Shown: positions 1-13,040 of the stretch, in pieces
How the letters are laid out: every line of letters starts with the position of its first letter
Numbering within the stretch: position 1 is the first letter of the stretch
Source: Eledone cirrhosa
Taxonomy: Eukaryota
Assembly (NCBI GenBank): GCA_964016885.1
Contig: OZ024762.1
Span: forward strand, 17,918,001 to 17,982,000
Length of the DNA: 64,000 nt
Reading direction: 5' to 3'
Notes under the pieces: model-generated
Told to the model about the DNA's origin: nothing
Seen by the model: the letters and a program-made list of their open reading frames with translations, nothing else
Databases searched by the model: none
Translations under genes and position numbers: made by a program

Positions 1-735
1 ATATCTATATATGTGTGTATATTTGTATATTTATATATATCTATATATATATATATGTGTGTATATTTGTATATTTATATATCTCTATATATGTGTGTAT
101 ATTTGTATATTTATATATCACTATATATGTGTGTATATTTGTATATTTATATATATCTATATGTGTGTATATTTGTATATTTATATATATCTATATATGT
201 GTGTATATTTGTATATTTATATATCTCTATATATGTGTGTATATTTGTATATTTATATATATCTATATATGTGTGTATATTTGTATATTTATATATATCT
301 ATATATGTGTGTATATTTGTATATTTATATATATCTATATATGTGTGTATATTTGTATATTTATATATATCTATATATGTGTGTATATTTGTATATTTAT
401 ATATCTCTATATATGTGTGTATATTTGTATATTTATATATATCTATATATGTGTGTATATTTGTATATTTATATATATCTATATATGTGTGTATATTTGT
501 ATATTTATATATATCTATATATGTGTGTATATTTGTATATTTATATATATCTATATATCTATATATGTGTGTATATTTGTATATTTATATATCTATATAT
601 ATGTGTGTATATTTGTATATTTATATATCTCTATATATGTGTGTATATTTGTATATTTATATATATCTCTATATATGTGTGTATATTTGTATATTTATAT
701 ATATCTCTATATATGTGTGTATATTTGTATATTTA
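1..735. repeat. 36-bp AT-rich minisatellite (~20 copies)
   Basis: Unit ATATCTATATATGTGTGTATATTTGTATATTTATAT; lines 180 bp apart are near-identical. Confidence 0.9.
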
Positions 736-862
736 TTTCTAAACTGATGGAGTCGCGGGTGTGGGAAGATTGTATTTCTCAATAAATAATCCATCCACTG
801 TTGTGAGAAGAGAGAGGACGACGGCGAGAAGAGAGAGGACGACGGCGAGAGTTGAGAGGAGA

Positions 863-865
<3 letters not shown>

Positions 866-909
<44 letters not shown>

Positions 910-1390
910 GAGGAAGAGAGAGGGAATGGGGAGAAAGAGAATGGGTAAAGAGAGGGGCGGGATTGGTGTAAGAGAGAGAGGGGGAAGAGATGGAGGGAAA
1001 TGCTGTAAGAGAGAGAGGGGGAAGAGATGGAGGGAATTGGTGTTAGAGAGAGAGGGGGAAAGGGAGTGAGGGTATTGGTGTATGAGAGGGAGGGGGGAGA
1101 GAGGGGAGGGAATTGGTGTATGAGAGAGAGAGGGGGGAGAGAGGGGAGGGAATTGGTGTATGAGAGAGAGAGGGGGAGAGAGGGGAGGGAATTGGTGTAA
1201 GAGAGAGAGAGAGGGGGTGAGAGGGGGGGAATTGGTGTATGAGAGAGATAGGGGGAGAGAGGGAGGGAGTTGGTGTAAGAGAAGGGGAAGAAAGGCAGGG
1301 AATTGGTGTAAGAGAGAGAGGGGGTGTAAGAGAGAGAGGGGGTGTAAGAGAGAGAGGTGGGTGTAAGAGAGAGAGGAGGTGTAAGAGAGG
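866..1390. repeat. (GA)n plus degenerate purine-rich minisatellite
   Basis: Recurring AATTGGTGTA(T)GAGAGAG units in a G/A-rich tract. Confidence 0.7.
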
Positions 1391-1607
1391 GGTGGGGGTG
1401 GGGGGCAGTATTGAAGACAGATCTGCCGTCAGATGGCGTGACACAGTGAAGAGACCGATGTTTGTGATGTCATTTGTTGATAACCTCTCCGTTCGTTGCT
1501 TGATTCCATTGGCGTCTCAAAGACTTGATGCAGTTTAGATGAAGCAAGCTGCCAATGAGAAAGTGATGCCAAAGATTTTGTCGAAGGAATTTCATCGTCG
1601 TAGACAT

Positions 1608-1646
<39 letters not shown>

Positions 1647-1767
1647 TCTCTCTCTCGCCCTCTCTCTCTCTCTCTCCCTCCTTCGTGATCCCCACCTCCC
1701 AACCATCGGCTGGTGGTACGCCACATCTTTCACTCTTTCACACACACATATATAAAGATAGATATAT

Positions 1768-1834
<67 letters not shown>

Positions 1835-1848
1835 TATACATATACATA

Positions 1849-1879
<31 letters not shown>

Positions 1880-1982
1880 GTGTGTGTGTGTGTATTTATA
1901 TAAATATATATATGTTATATATACATATATATATATATATATGTACTTACATACATAAATATATATAATATATATACATATC

Positions 1983-2028
<46 letters not shown>

Positions 2029-2143
2029 ACATATAAATCTTGGAACAGAAAAGTGGTAAACTTTTGAGCAATTTAGCTATAACCCCACCCACCCACCCAC
2101 ACACATATTCATAGTCCAGAAAAGAGGTAAAGATACAGCAATT

Positions 2144-2314
<171 letters not shown>

Positions 2315-2457
2315 GCATATATATATATATATGTATATGCATATATATATATATATATGCATATATATATATATATTATATATATATATATGCATATATA
2401 TATATATATTATATATATATATATGCATATATATATATATATATTATATATATATGC

Positions 2458-2494
<37 letters not shown>

Positions 2495-2547
2495 GCATAT
2501 ATATATATATATATATATATATGCATATATATATATATATATATATA

Positions 2548-2616
<69 letters not shown>

Positions 2617-2687
2617 ATGCATATATATATATATATATGCACATATATATATATATATATCTATGCATATATATATATATATATATA

Positions 2688-2745
<58 letters not shown>

Positions 2746-2869
2746 TATTATATATATATACACACAGATGTATGGATATGCACATATATCATTAAATGTG
2801 TGTCTGCCTATATTATAAATACACATTCTTATATATACTGATATATGTGTAATTGTGCATGTCTGTTTA

Positions 2870-2927
<58 letters not shown>

Positions 2928-3189
2928 CATCTATATATATATAGAGAGAGATGTATACACGCAACCCCCCCCCCCCCACCAACACACACACACACACTCA
3001 TATATATATATATATGAGTGAGTGTGTAATTACATATATATATTTATGTGGCCGTATGCGTTTTCGTGTCGTCTCCATCTGTCGTAAGTTTTATTTAAAT
3101 TCCATTCTAACTTCCTATCTTTCGCCCACTCATTGGTAATTAAGTCTCCCCCACCCCCCCACTATCGCTTCCCTCCCCTCTCTCTCTCC

Positions 3190-3238
<49 letters not shown>

Positions 3239-3413
3239 AAGATACATAAATATATATAAATATATATCTATATATATGTATATATGTATATATATATATA
3301 TATATACAGCGCTACAACTTTTAAATTTAATTTTAAGATAAACCTGTCTCATTTAGTCAGACGCTTTTTCTAGCTCTATCTCACTTCATCTCTCTCTCTC
3401 TATATATATATAT

Positions 3414-3444
<31 letters not shown>

Positions 3445-3451
3445 TATATAA

Positions 3452-3503
<52 letters not shown>

Positions 3504-3877
3504 CGCTACAACTTTTAAATTTAATTTTAAGATAAACCTGTCTCATTTAGTCAGACGCTTTTTCCAGCTCTATCTCACTTCATCTCTCTCTCTCTATATA
3601 TATATATATACCTCTCCCTCTCTCTCTCCCAGTACTTCTCTCCATCTCTCTCCCCCTCTGTCTCCCCCCTCTCTCTCTCTCTCTCTCTCTCACCCATTGC
3701 CTCCCTCCCTCTCTCTCTCTCTCCCCCACTGCCTCTCTCTCCATTTCTCTCCACCTCACCCTCCATACGTCTGTCTCCCCAATATGTACATCTACTCACA
3801 CATATACACGCACACCACACATATATACACACAGACATGTACACACATACACGTATATATGTACACCGACCTCCCAT

Positions 3878-3924
<47 letters not shown>

Positions 3925-3926
<2 letters not shown>

Positions 3927-4114
3927 AAAAAGTATGACCCCGACAGCAGAGCTCAAGCCGTTTCGACGGCTATTTCTAGACATAGCCGTCGAAACGGCTT
4001 GATCTCTGCCGTCGGGGTCATACCTTTTCCTTTTATCCACTCTACTACCCTAAGTATTGAGTGAGTACTCTGGTGCGTTATGGTCCATCTGGTTCCTTAC
4101 CACAATTCCTTCGT
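3925..4114 (+). mobile_element. (TA)n-embedded fold-back element, family A (3' half of hammerhead plus tail)
   Basis: Inverted repeat GACCCCGAC...GTCGGGGTC; GAAACGGC-loop-GCCGTC; tail ending CCTTCGT(TA)n; about 9 copies in window. Confidence 0.75.
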
Positions 4115-4155
<41 letters not shown>

Positions 4156-4158
<3 letters not shown>

Positions 4159-4462
4159 GGAGGTGAGTTTTATTGTAGTACAATAAAGCAATGCAGATAT
4201 CGGATAAGAAGCACTCTACAGTTTGTAGGACTGGAGTATACATAATATATAAGAACAAAAGATGGTTAAAAGAGTTCCATGTATTTTATTATGCACATTT
4301 CATGTTGATTTAAAACTGAACTATCCACAAGTGTTTTTTAACCTTCATATCATGTCTTCCTGTTTTATCTGATGAAAACACAAATATTATTGCATGATGA
4401 TATTTGTTTTTGAAATGCGCATAATAAAATACATGGAACTCTTTTAACCATCTTTTGATCTT
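4156..4462. mobile_element. (TA)n-embedded fold-back element, family D
   Basis: Minus-strand tail joined to a plus-strand hammerhead arm; homologous to 25834-26114 and 39042-39324. Confidence 0.75.
4361..4431 (+). ncRNA. Type I hammerhead ribozyme (family D)
   Basis: TGTTTTAT-CTGATGA-long stem II-GAAA-TGCGCA-TA-ATAAAATA; 8-bp stem I, palindromic stem III. Confidence 0.85.
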
Positions 4463-4535
4463 ATATATTATATATATATATATATATATACGTACACACA
4501 CAGACACAGATATACGTACACACACTCATATATAA

Positions 4536-4567
<32 letters not shown>

Positions 4568-4753
4568 GCAATGACTACGGATCAATAGAAGGCAAAGTTG
4601 TGCTTAGCGGGGGTTTGAACTCAGAACATTAGAAGAGCCGGCCCGGGACATAAATAAATAAATAAATAAATAACTACTGCCCCTTATTTGTGTCCAACAC
4701 TCTACCGAATCTACCACCAACCTAGGTCCCTAAATTGTCTGAATAATAAATAA

Positions 4754-4940
4754 TTGTTTCTACTTTTTGCAACAGGGCCAGCAATTACCCCAGTACATTA
4801 CTGGTACTTTAATTTATCGACCCCCGTAAGGATGAAAGGCAAAGTTAACCTCGGCGGGATTTGTACTCGGGCCGTAAAGGGACGTAACTCTATGATGAAA
4901 AGCATGGCGTCCGACCCTCTACTGATATTGCCATGTCCGC
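4754..4940 (-). mobile_element. tRNA-derived SINE S1 (Meta/MESC-like core)
   Basis: Reverse complement of the family core GCCTTTCATCCTTACGGGGTCGATAAA..AAGTACCAG and tail GCTGGCC..TG..AAAAGTAGAAACAATTATT. Confidence 0.75.
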
Positions 4941-5377
4941 CGGGACTGTGGAGCGGCCAGCACGTGGGACCCCATTTGCTCACAGTACAGAGAGACGGGG
5001 AGGGCGAGAGAGATATGGAGGCGATGACAATAGGAGTTCGGCTCTTCCGTGTTCGAACACATTTGCACCCGTCATGCGGATCACGTGATAATTTCATTTT
5101 ACATATCGTTAACATATATAAATGACGTCACTGCTCTAAAGTCATTGACATCCATCGTATGTTCGCTATTGCTGCTTAGTCCCGCTACCCCCCCCCCCCC
5201 TCTCTATCAATCTCTGTATACGTATATATATATATATGTAATATAGAATATGCTTCAATCAATCCCGGTTGGAGCTGTATAAATGAAGTAATTCCGTCGG
5301 AAAAGTCCAGGAAAAAAGAGTGCTCTACGTAGGTATCAGAGCTTAATAGTTATGTAATAAACAACATAAGGCAATTA

Positions 5378-5438
5378 TTTCATTTACCAGTGGTTTCTTA
5401 AAAGCAAAAAAATTTTGCTTTCAATCATCAGAAAGAAA
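5378..5438 (-). ncRNA. Type I hammerhead ribozyme (family E, antisense arm)
   Basis: Reverse-complement counterpart of 5503-5563. Confidence 0.75.
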
Positions 5439-5502
5439 AAATCCTGGCGTATTTATTGACGTTGGATTTTAAAATCCAACGTCAATAAATACACCAGGAT
5501 TT

Positions 5503-5563
5503 TTTCTTTCTGATGATTGAAAGCAACATTTTTTTGCTTTTAAGAAACCACTGGTAAATGAAA
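5503..5563 (+). ncRNA. Type I hammerhead ribozyme (family E)
   Basis: TTTCTTT-CTGATGA-TTGAAAGCAA..TTGCTTTTAA-GAAA-CCACTGG-TA-AATGAAA. Confidence 0.8.
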
Positions 5564-5588
5564 TAATTGCCTTATATTGTTTATTACA

Positions 5589-5645
<57 letters not shown>

Positions 5646-5659
5646 GATTTCTAGTATAG

Positions 5660-5864
5660 ACACAAGACCAGTAACTTGGGAGAGGGGAAAGTCGATTAAA
5701 TCGACCCCACTACGTTACTGGTGCTTTATTTTATCGACCCCGTAAGGATGAAAGGCAAAGTTAACCTCGGTGGGTTTTGAAATCAGACCGTAAAGTGCCG
5801 TAACTCTATGCTGCAAGGCATGGTCTCCGACTCTCTACCGATACTGCAAATTCATCGCCCTTCT

Positions 5865-5923
<59 letters not shown>

Positions 5924-6125
5924 CAAGTTTTGTAAAGATAACTGTTTCTACTTTTGGCACAAGGCAAGCAATTACCCAGTACATTACTGGTACTTTATTT
6001 TATCGACCCCGTAAGGATGAAAGGCAAAGTTAACCTCGGCGGGATTTGAACTCAGAATGGCAAGGGCCGTAACTGTATGCGTCAAAGCATGGCGTCCGAC
6101 CCTCTACCGACGCTGCCAATCCACC
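5660..6125 (-). mobile_element. Two SINE S1 copies
   Basis: B-box-like GAGTTCAAATCCC and the core domain on the minus strand, at 5660-5862 and 5940-6125. Confidence 0.8.
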
Positions 6126-6174
6126 TTTTGTAAAGATAACGAGAGTACATTAGCGTTGTGTAGAAATACCACTC

Positions 6175-6502
6175 TTCCGGTTACGACGACGAGTATTCCT
6201 GCTGGTACGTTCAACGGAACAGCCTGCTCGTGAAATTAACGTGCAAGTGGCTGAGCATTTCACAAACACGTGTCCCCATAAAGTAGTTCTCGGGGGCGGG
6301 GGGGGGGGATTCGGCGTGACACAGAATATGATAAGGCTGGCCGTTCGAATTACAGGTATAAATCATTTTTGCAACCTGAGTGCACTGAGTGCAACGTAAA
6401 ATAAAGTGCCTTGCTCAAGGACACAGCGCTCTGCCAGGAATCGAACGCACGATTTCCCGATTGTGAGCCGAATACTTTAACCGCCAAGACATGCGCCTTC
6501 AC
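6175..6502 (-). mobile_element. tRNA-derived SINE S2 (CORE-like)
   Basis: Minus strand starts GTGAAGGCGC, B box GTTCGATTCC, GTGTCCTTGAGCAAGGCACTT; homologous to 7290-7602. Confidence 0.75.
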
Positions 6503-7026
6503 ATAGCGATGTGTGTGTAGTTGCTAACAGGCCTGACATAATAATTAAAGACACCAGGAGTATGGCTGGTTTCCTGATTGATATGCCATACCGTGATGGA
6601 GGAATTGGACCGGGTTAGGACTAGGGTGGGAGGGACATAATGTTATGAGGGAAACGGGACTGACGAAGGCGCTACCGAAACAGTAAGGGTTCTGAAGATG
6701 CTAAACATTTAACATAACGTTAATTAGGGGTAACTAAAAACTACCCGGAATAATTAGTGCTTTCAATGTATCAAAAGTAAATAATTAAATATGTGTGTGT
6801 GTACCCGTGTGTGTGTGTGTATTTGTGTGTGTGTACCTGGGTGTGTATGTGTGTGTGTACCCGTGTGTGTATTTGTGTGTGTATGTGTGTGTGTGTGTGT
6901 ACCTGTGTGTGTATTTGTGCGTATATGTATAAGTATGTGTGTGTACTTGTGTGTGTATGTATAACTATGTGTGTCTATTTGTGTGTGTGTATATGTATGT
7001 ATGTATTTATATGTGTGTGTCTACGA

Positions 7027-7072
<46 letters not shown>

Positions 7073-7289
7073 TTATATGTGTGTATCTACGAGTATATAT
7101 ATATATGTATGTATTTATATGTGTGTATCTACGAGTATATATATATATATATATGTGTGTGTATGTATGTATGTATTAGTGTCTGTGTGTGTATGTGTGC
7201 ATGTGTATGTGAATATGTGTGTTTGGATGTGTGTGCCCTTCTGTGCGTAAATGTATAAGTATCTGTGTATGTGTGTGTATGTGCGTGTT

Positions 7290-7602
7290 GTGAAGGCGCG
7301 TGGCTTAGTGGTTAGGGTGTTCTGTTTACGATGGTAAAGTCAGTTTGAGTTCAATTCCCGGCAGTTCGTTGTATCCTTGAGCAAGACACTTTACTTCACC
7401 TTGCTTCAGTCAACACAACTGACAAAAATGAGTTGTGCCTCTAATTGAATGGACCAGTCTTGTCACACAATGTGTCACACTGAATCTCCCTGAGAACTAT
7501 GCTAAGGCTACACGTGTCAGTGGAATGGTCAGCCATCTACACGTTAATTTCACCAGCATGTTGTTCCTTTCAAAAATCAACTGGAACACTCATCGTTGCC
7601 AC
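7290..7602 (+). mobile_element. tRNA-derived SINE S2 (CORE-like), interrupted near its 3' end by a MITE
   Basis: A box TGGCTTAGTGG, B box GAGTTCAATTCC, CCTTGAGCAAGACACTT. Confidence 0.75.
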
Positions 7603-8492
7603 CAGGGCAGTCTTAACAGCATTATAGGCCCCCGGGCAGAGCAGAGCACTGGGGCCCCTGTCCTCGTGGGGCCCCCGGGCAGAGCAGAGCACTGGGGCCC
7701 CTGTCCTCGTGGGGCCCCCGGGAAGAGCAGAGCACTGGGGCCCCTGTCCTCGTGGGGCCCACGGGCAGAGCAGAGCACTGGGGCCCCTGTCCTCGTGGGG
7801 CCCCCGGGCAGAGCAGAGCACTGGGGCCCCTGTCCTCGTGGGGCCCCCGGGCAGAGCAGAGCACTGGGGCCCCTGTCCTCGTGGGGCCCCCGGGCAGAGC
7901 AGAGCACTGGGGCCCCTGTCCTCGTGGGGCCCCCGGGCAGAGCAGAGCACTGGGGCCCCTGTCCTCGTGGGGCCCACGGGCAGAGCAGAGCACTGGGGCC
8001 CCTGTCCTCGTGGGGCCCCCGGGCAGAGCAGAGCACTGGGGCCCCTGTCCTCGTGGGGCCCCCGGGCAGAGCAGAGCACTGGGGCCCCTGTCCTCGTGGG
8101 GCCCCCGGGCAGAGCAGAGCACTGGGGCCCCTGTCCTCGTGGGGCCCCCGGGCAGAGCAGAGCACTGGGGCCCCTGTCCTCGTGGGGCCCACGGGCAGAG
8201 CAGAGCACTGGGGCCCCTGTCCTCGTGGGGCCCCCGGGCAGAGCAGAGCACTGGGGCCCCTGTCCTCGTGGGGCCCCCGGGGGAAGAGCAGAGAAGTGGG
8301 GCCCCTGTCCTCGTGGGGCCCCCGGGAAGAGCAGAGCACTGGGGCCCCTGTCCTCGTGGGGCCCCCGGGAAGAGCAGAGCACTGGGGCCCCTGTCCTCGT
8401 GGGGCCCCCGGGCAGAGCAGAGCACTGGGGCCCCTGTCCTCGTGGGGCCCCCGGGCAACTGCCCAACGTTCCCATGGGTTAAGACGGCCCTA
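7603..8492. mobile_element. hAT-type MITE with 8-bp target-site duplication
   Basis: TIRs CAGGGCAGTCTTAAC / GTTAAGACGGCCCTA; GTTGCCAC duplicated at 7595-7602 and 8493-8500. Confidence 0.8.
7627..8456. repeat. 43-bp GC-rich minisatellite (~19 copies)
   Basis: Unit GGCCCCCGGGCAGAGCAGAGCACTGGGGCCCCTGTCCTCGTGG. Confidence 0.95.
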
Positions 8493-9589
8493 GTTGCCAC
8501 TGACGGAATTCCAATGTGTGTGTGTACCGAAGTGTGTGTCTGCATGTGTGTGAGTATGTGCGTGTGCGTGTGTGTAAGTATGTGTGTATGTGGTTGCATG
8601 GGTGTATATATATGTGTGTGGGTGCGTTGGTGTATTATATACTGTATGTATATGTATGTGTGGGTGCGTGGGTGTATATATATGTATATGTATGTGTGGG
8701 TGCGTGGGTGTATAGGTGCATATATATGTATGTGTGGGTGCGTGGGTGTATATATATATATGTATGTATGTGATGGTGCGTGGGTGTATATATATATGTG
8801 TATATGTATGTATGTATGTATGTCTACATGTATGTATCCATGTAGGTGAGTGTATGTACGTATGTGTACATGTATGTATCCATGTATTTGTATATGTATG
8901 TATGTGAGTGTATGTACGTGAGTGTATGTATGTATGTATGTGTATATACGTATGTGTATGTATGTATCTATGTATGTACGTATACATGTATGTGTGTACA
9001 TATGTATGTATCTATGTATGTATGTGTATGTGTGTACATATGTATATATGTGTGTGTATGTGTATGTATGCATGTATGTATTTATGTATGTACGTATATG
9101 TATGTATTTATGTACGTATACATGTATGTGTGTACATATGTATCTATGTATGTATGTGTATGTGTGTACATATGTATCTATGTGTGTGTATGTGCATGTA
9201 TGCATGTATGTATTTATGTATGTACGTATATGTATGTATCTATGTACGTATACATGTATGTGTGTACATATGTATCTATGTATGTATGTGTATGTGTGTA
9301 CATATGTATCTATGTGTGTGTATGTGTATGTATGCAGGTATGTGTTAAGGCAGACGTGTTAAACCGTTTAGCAACGATCAGAGAAACGTGCGAAAGAGTG
9401 ACGTAGCGTGTCGATTCACATCGGTCACGGTTCAGTTGAGTAATTTATTCACAAACCAGAACCGCTTCCTTACATCCACCAAACGTTTTTAGCAGCGACA
9501 CCTCTCGTCAGCTCACCAACCTAAGCCATCCAGTGCTGAAAATAACAGCCAGAAATTTCCTCTCATCGTAATATATAATTTGTGCCAGA

Positions 9590-9895
9590 GCTGTCGCCAA
9601 GGTTTGGTGGTCCTTAGGGTACAGAGGACAATCAGAGAGGACACACTAAATTCCCTAGGGAATATTTTAGCTGTCGCCAAGAATTTGTGGTTTTTAGGGT
9701 ACACAGGACACTAAATTCCCTAGGGAATATTTTAGCTGTCGCCAAGGTTTGGTGGTTTTTAGAGTACACAGGACATTCAGAGAGGGCAGACTAAATTCCC
9801 TAGAGAATATTTTAGCTGTCGCCAAGGTTTGGTGGTTTTTATGGTACACAGGACATTCAGAGAGGACACACTAAAATCCCTAGGGAATATTTTAG
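9590..9895. repeat. ~80-bp tandem repeat (4 copies, one with a deletion)
   Basis: GCTGTCGCCAAG...CTAAATTCCCTAGGGAATATTTTA recurring. Confidence 0.85.
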
Positions 9896-10386
9896 CCAGC
9901 TTCTTCAGTTAACTTTTTTTCGTTTTGTTATTTTTTAAATTGTACTGGGGTGAAGTGGACTGACCAGGCCAATAGTCGAATCACAAAAGAATTAGACAAA
10001 TGTCCGTAGTCACAAGTATGAAAATACACTCTTGACAGGTGTAATGTGTCCGAACTCCCACCGTCATCGCCCCCATCTCTCTCGCCCTCTCCATCTCTCT
10101 GTGTAGTGAGCAAATGGGGTCCCACGTGCTGGCCGCCCGCCCCACAGCGCCGGCGGACAGAATGGAGAAGGCGTTTCCCCGGAGGATGGTAAGGGAGATT
10201 TATATGAATCATACAAACAATCAGACCTCCAAAAGTTCGGTTTCATGCAAAGGCTAAACACTTTGACGAACTCCAAACACCCAGAATTAGACTTTCCCCC
10301 CAAACATTTAAATGATACAAAACGTATCATTAGATGTAAATATGATACATCTAACGGAACTGGGGGACACTATTGAAGACAATCAT

Positions 10387-11095
10387 TCCACTTCCATTGA
10401 CAGACATAGAGAATAGTCAGCTAAATCTAGCAATAAACAGTTCACCATTAACGTAGCTGATATCCAACCCACTTCCACTGATGAACAGAGAGAATGGTCA
10501 GCTGAATCTAGCAGTGAACAGCTCACCATTAACGTAGCTGATATCCAACCCACTTCCACTGATGAACAGAGAGAATAGTCAGCTAAATCTAGCAATAAAC
10601 AGTTCACCATTAACGTAGCTGATATCCAACCCACTTCCACTGATGAACAGAGAGAATGGTCAGCTGAATCTAGCAGTGAACAGCTCACCATTAACGTAGC
10701 TGATATTCAACCCACTTCCACTGATGAACAGAGAGAATAGTCAGCTGACTCTAGCAGTGAACAGTTCACCATTAACGTAGCTGATATCCAACCCACTTCC
10801 ACTGATGAACAGAGAGAATGGTCAGCTGAATCTAGCAGTGAACAGCTCACCATTAACGTAGCTGATATCCAACCCACTTCCACTGATGAACAGAGAGAAT
10901 GGTCAGCTAAATCTAGCAGTGAACAGCTCACCATTAACGTAGCTGATATCCAACCCACTTCCACTGATGAACAGAGAGAATGGTCAGCTAAATCTAGCAG
11001 TGAACAGCTCACCATTAACGTAGCTGATATCCAACCCACTTCCACTGATGAACAGAGAGAATGGTCAGCTAAATCTAGCAGTGAACAGCTCACCA
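10387..11095. repeat. 81-bp tandem repeat (~8.7 copies)
   Basis: CCCACTTCCACTGATGAACAG recurs at 10468, 10549, 10630 ... 11035. Confidence 0.95.
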
Positions 11096-11329
11096 ACAAG
11101 AAAAGTGTGGTCATCGGAATTCTCTGCGCACAATAAAACAGTGGCTCACAATGTGTTTGCTGTACCTGAAATTTGTCTCGCGTAACGAACACACATGCCG
11201 GCAACAACGGTTGGCAACAAGCTTGGTATATCACGGGAAAGCATCACTTTGCTGTGTAGTTAGTTACTATAGTGATATCTATCGATCTTTCAAACACAGT
11301 CTCTCTCTCTCTCTCTCTCTCTCAGCATT

Positions 11330-11417
11330 TCGTATGGAAGATGTTGTTTCGGTTTACGAACATTTCGGATGACGAGCGTCCTTAGGAACGAATTGAACGT
11401 GAACCGAGGTTCCACTA
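11330..11417. mobile_element. Possible pogo/Tigger-like DNA transposon end
   Basis: Ends CGAGGTTCCACTA-TA, resembling the reverse complement of CAGTGGAACCTCG-type TIRs. Confidence 0.35.
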
Positions 11418-11426
11418 TATATAGAA

Positions 11427-11465
<39 letters not shown>

Positions 11466-11518
11466 CATATATATATATGTATATACATATACACATACAT
11501 ATATATATATACATATAC

Positions 11519-11555
<37 letters not shown>

Positions 11556-11613
11556 CATATATATATACATATATATATGTATGTGTATATATATATATAT
11601 ACATATATATATG

Positions 11614-11660
<47 letters not shown>

Positions 11661-11661
<1 letters not shown>

Positions 11662-11863
11662 CGTAGGTCCCGGGTTGAGTCGGGGATAACCACAGTAAGT
11701 AAGGTACTCAATACATGGCAGAGTAAACAATTTTTTATTTTATAGAAGGAGCTTCTACAGGACTAGTACTGTTTCATTCAGATGAAATCTTCAGATGAAT
11801 GCTTCCTGAAGATTTCATCTGAATGAAACAGTACTAGTCCTGTAGAAGCTCCTTCTATAAAAT
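11661..11863. mobile_element. (TA)n-embedded fold-back element, family B
   Basis: Inverted arms around 11797; homologous to 18172-18372, 38173-38353 and 40196-40385. Confidence 0.8.
11801..11849 (+). ncRNA. Type I hammerhead ribozyme (family B)
   Basis: GCTTC-CTGAAGA-TTTCATCTGAAT-GAA-ACAG-TACTAGTC-CTGT-A-GAAGC; stem I covaries with GATTC/GAATC in other copies. Confidence 0.85.
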
Positions 11864-11893
11864 AAAAAAAAAATAAAAAATAAAAAATATATA

Positions 11894-11957
<64 letters not shown>

Positions 11958-12544
11958 CATATATACATATATATATAAGATATTGAAAAAAATCTGGTTC
12001 AAATCGGAATATTTCTTCTCACCTCGCTCTATCGGTATTTTTTTATATTATTGTATATTCTATTTTATTTGTTATTGTATAATTATTGTATTTTGTTTAT
12101 TGTATATATTATATTTAATTTATTTTATTTGATTTCATTTTACTTTTGTTGAAGAGTGTCTGATTACGGCCGACTGACTGCCAGACGAGATTCCTAAATT
12201 CTTCAGAATAATTGAATGTGAAACTATTTATCTTCTCTGAATAAACAATGGATCGTTAATCTAAAACAACAAGATCTGGCGCCTGTTTTCCCCATTGCTC
12301 AATTTATCAAGCTCACCCCACAACCAGCCAGCCAGCCATGCTATCCCCCACACCAACAAGCCGCTAACCGACTCACCAAATCACTACTGCCCCATAAATT
12401 TTATTGCTCAAGTATTACACTTATCTTAAAATACTTCGAAGCTATATAATAATATTATTATTATTGTTGTTGTTGTCGTTGTTGTTGTTCTTTGATCGTG
12501 TTGTTGTTGCTACTGCAGGTCTCGTTGTTGTTTCAGGTACTATT

Positions 12545-13040
12545 TCTGAGTTCAAATCCCGCCGAGGTTAACTTTGCCTTTCATCCTTACGAGGTCGATA
12601 AAATAAAGTACCAGTAATATACTGAGATAATTGCTGGCCTTGTGCCAAAAGTAGAAACAATTATTATTATTATTATTCCTATTAGGTTAGCTTTGCCTTT
12701 CATCTTTACGGGGTCGATAAAATAAAGTACCAGTAATACACTGGGTAGGCTTAATCTACTTTATTCTCCCCAAATTGCTGGCCTTGTGCCTATATAAGAA
12801 ACCATTCTTATTATTCCTATTAGGTTAGTCTTTCATCCTTACGGGGTCGATAAAATAAAGTACCAGTAATGCACGCGGGTCGATTTAATCGACTTTCCCC
12901 TCCCCCCAAAATTGCCGGCCTTGTGCCAAAAATAGAAACAATTATAACTTTGCCTTTCATTCTTACGGGGTCTATAAAATAAAGTACCAGTAATGCACTG
13001 GGGTAATTGCTGGCCTTGTGCCAAAAGTAGAAACCATTAT
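12545..13040 (+). mobile_element. Tandem array of SINE S1 3' halves (4 units)
   Basis: Repeated CTTTCAT..TTACG.GGTC.ATAAAATAAAGTACCAG...GGCCTTGTGCC. Confidence 0.8.

Larger units (their letters stand above)
5285..5594. mobile_element. Fold-back element, family E (~124-bp arms)
   Basis: Near-perfect inverted repeat 5347-5594 centred near 5470, with extra tail 5285-5346; right end abuts (TA)n. Confidence 0.8.

Noticed and set aside
1400-1610. Non-repetitive segment with open frames on the minus strand
   Set aside because: No recognisable domain or convincing splice signals
6655-6700. CTGACGA-AGG..CC-GAAACAG hammerhead-like core
   Set aside because: No stem I pairing and no valid U-H site closing stem III
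7627-8456. CRISPR-like regular repeats (also 60681-61150 and 63271-63775)
   Set aside because: No unique spacers, no cas genes, eukaryotic context
7435-8493. Collagen-like Gly/Pro-rich ORFs
   Set aside because: The 43-bp unit is not a multiple of 3, is open in all frames and lies inside a MITE
10387-11095. CTGATGA in every 81-bp unit as a tandem retrozyme
   Set aside because: No GAAA, stem II or stem III downstream
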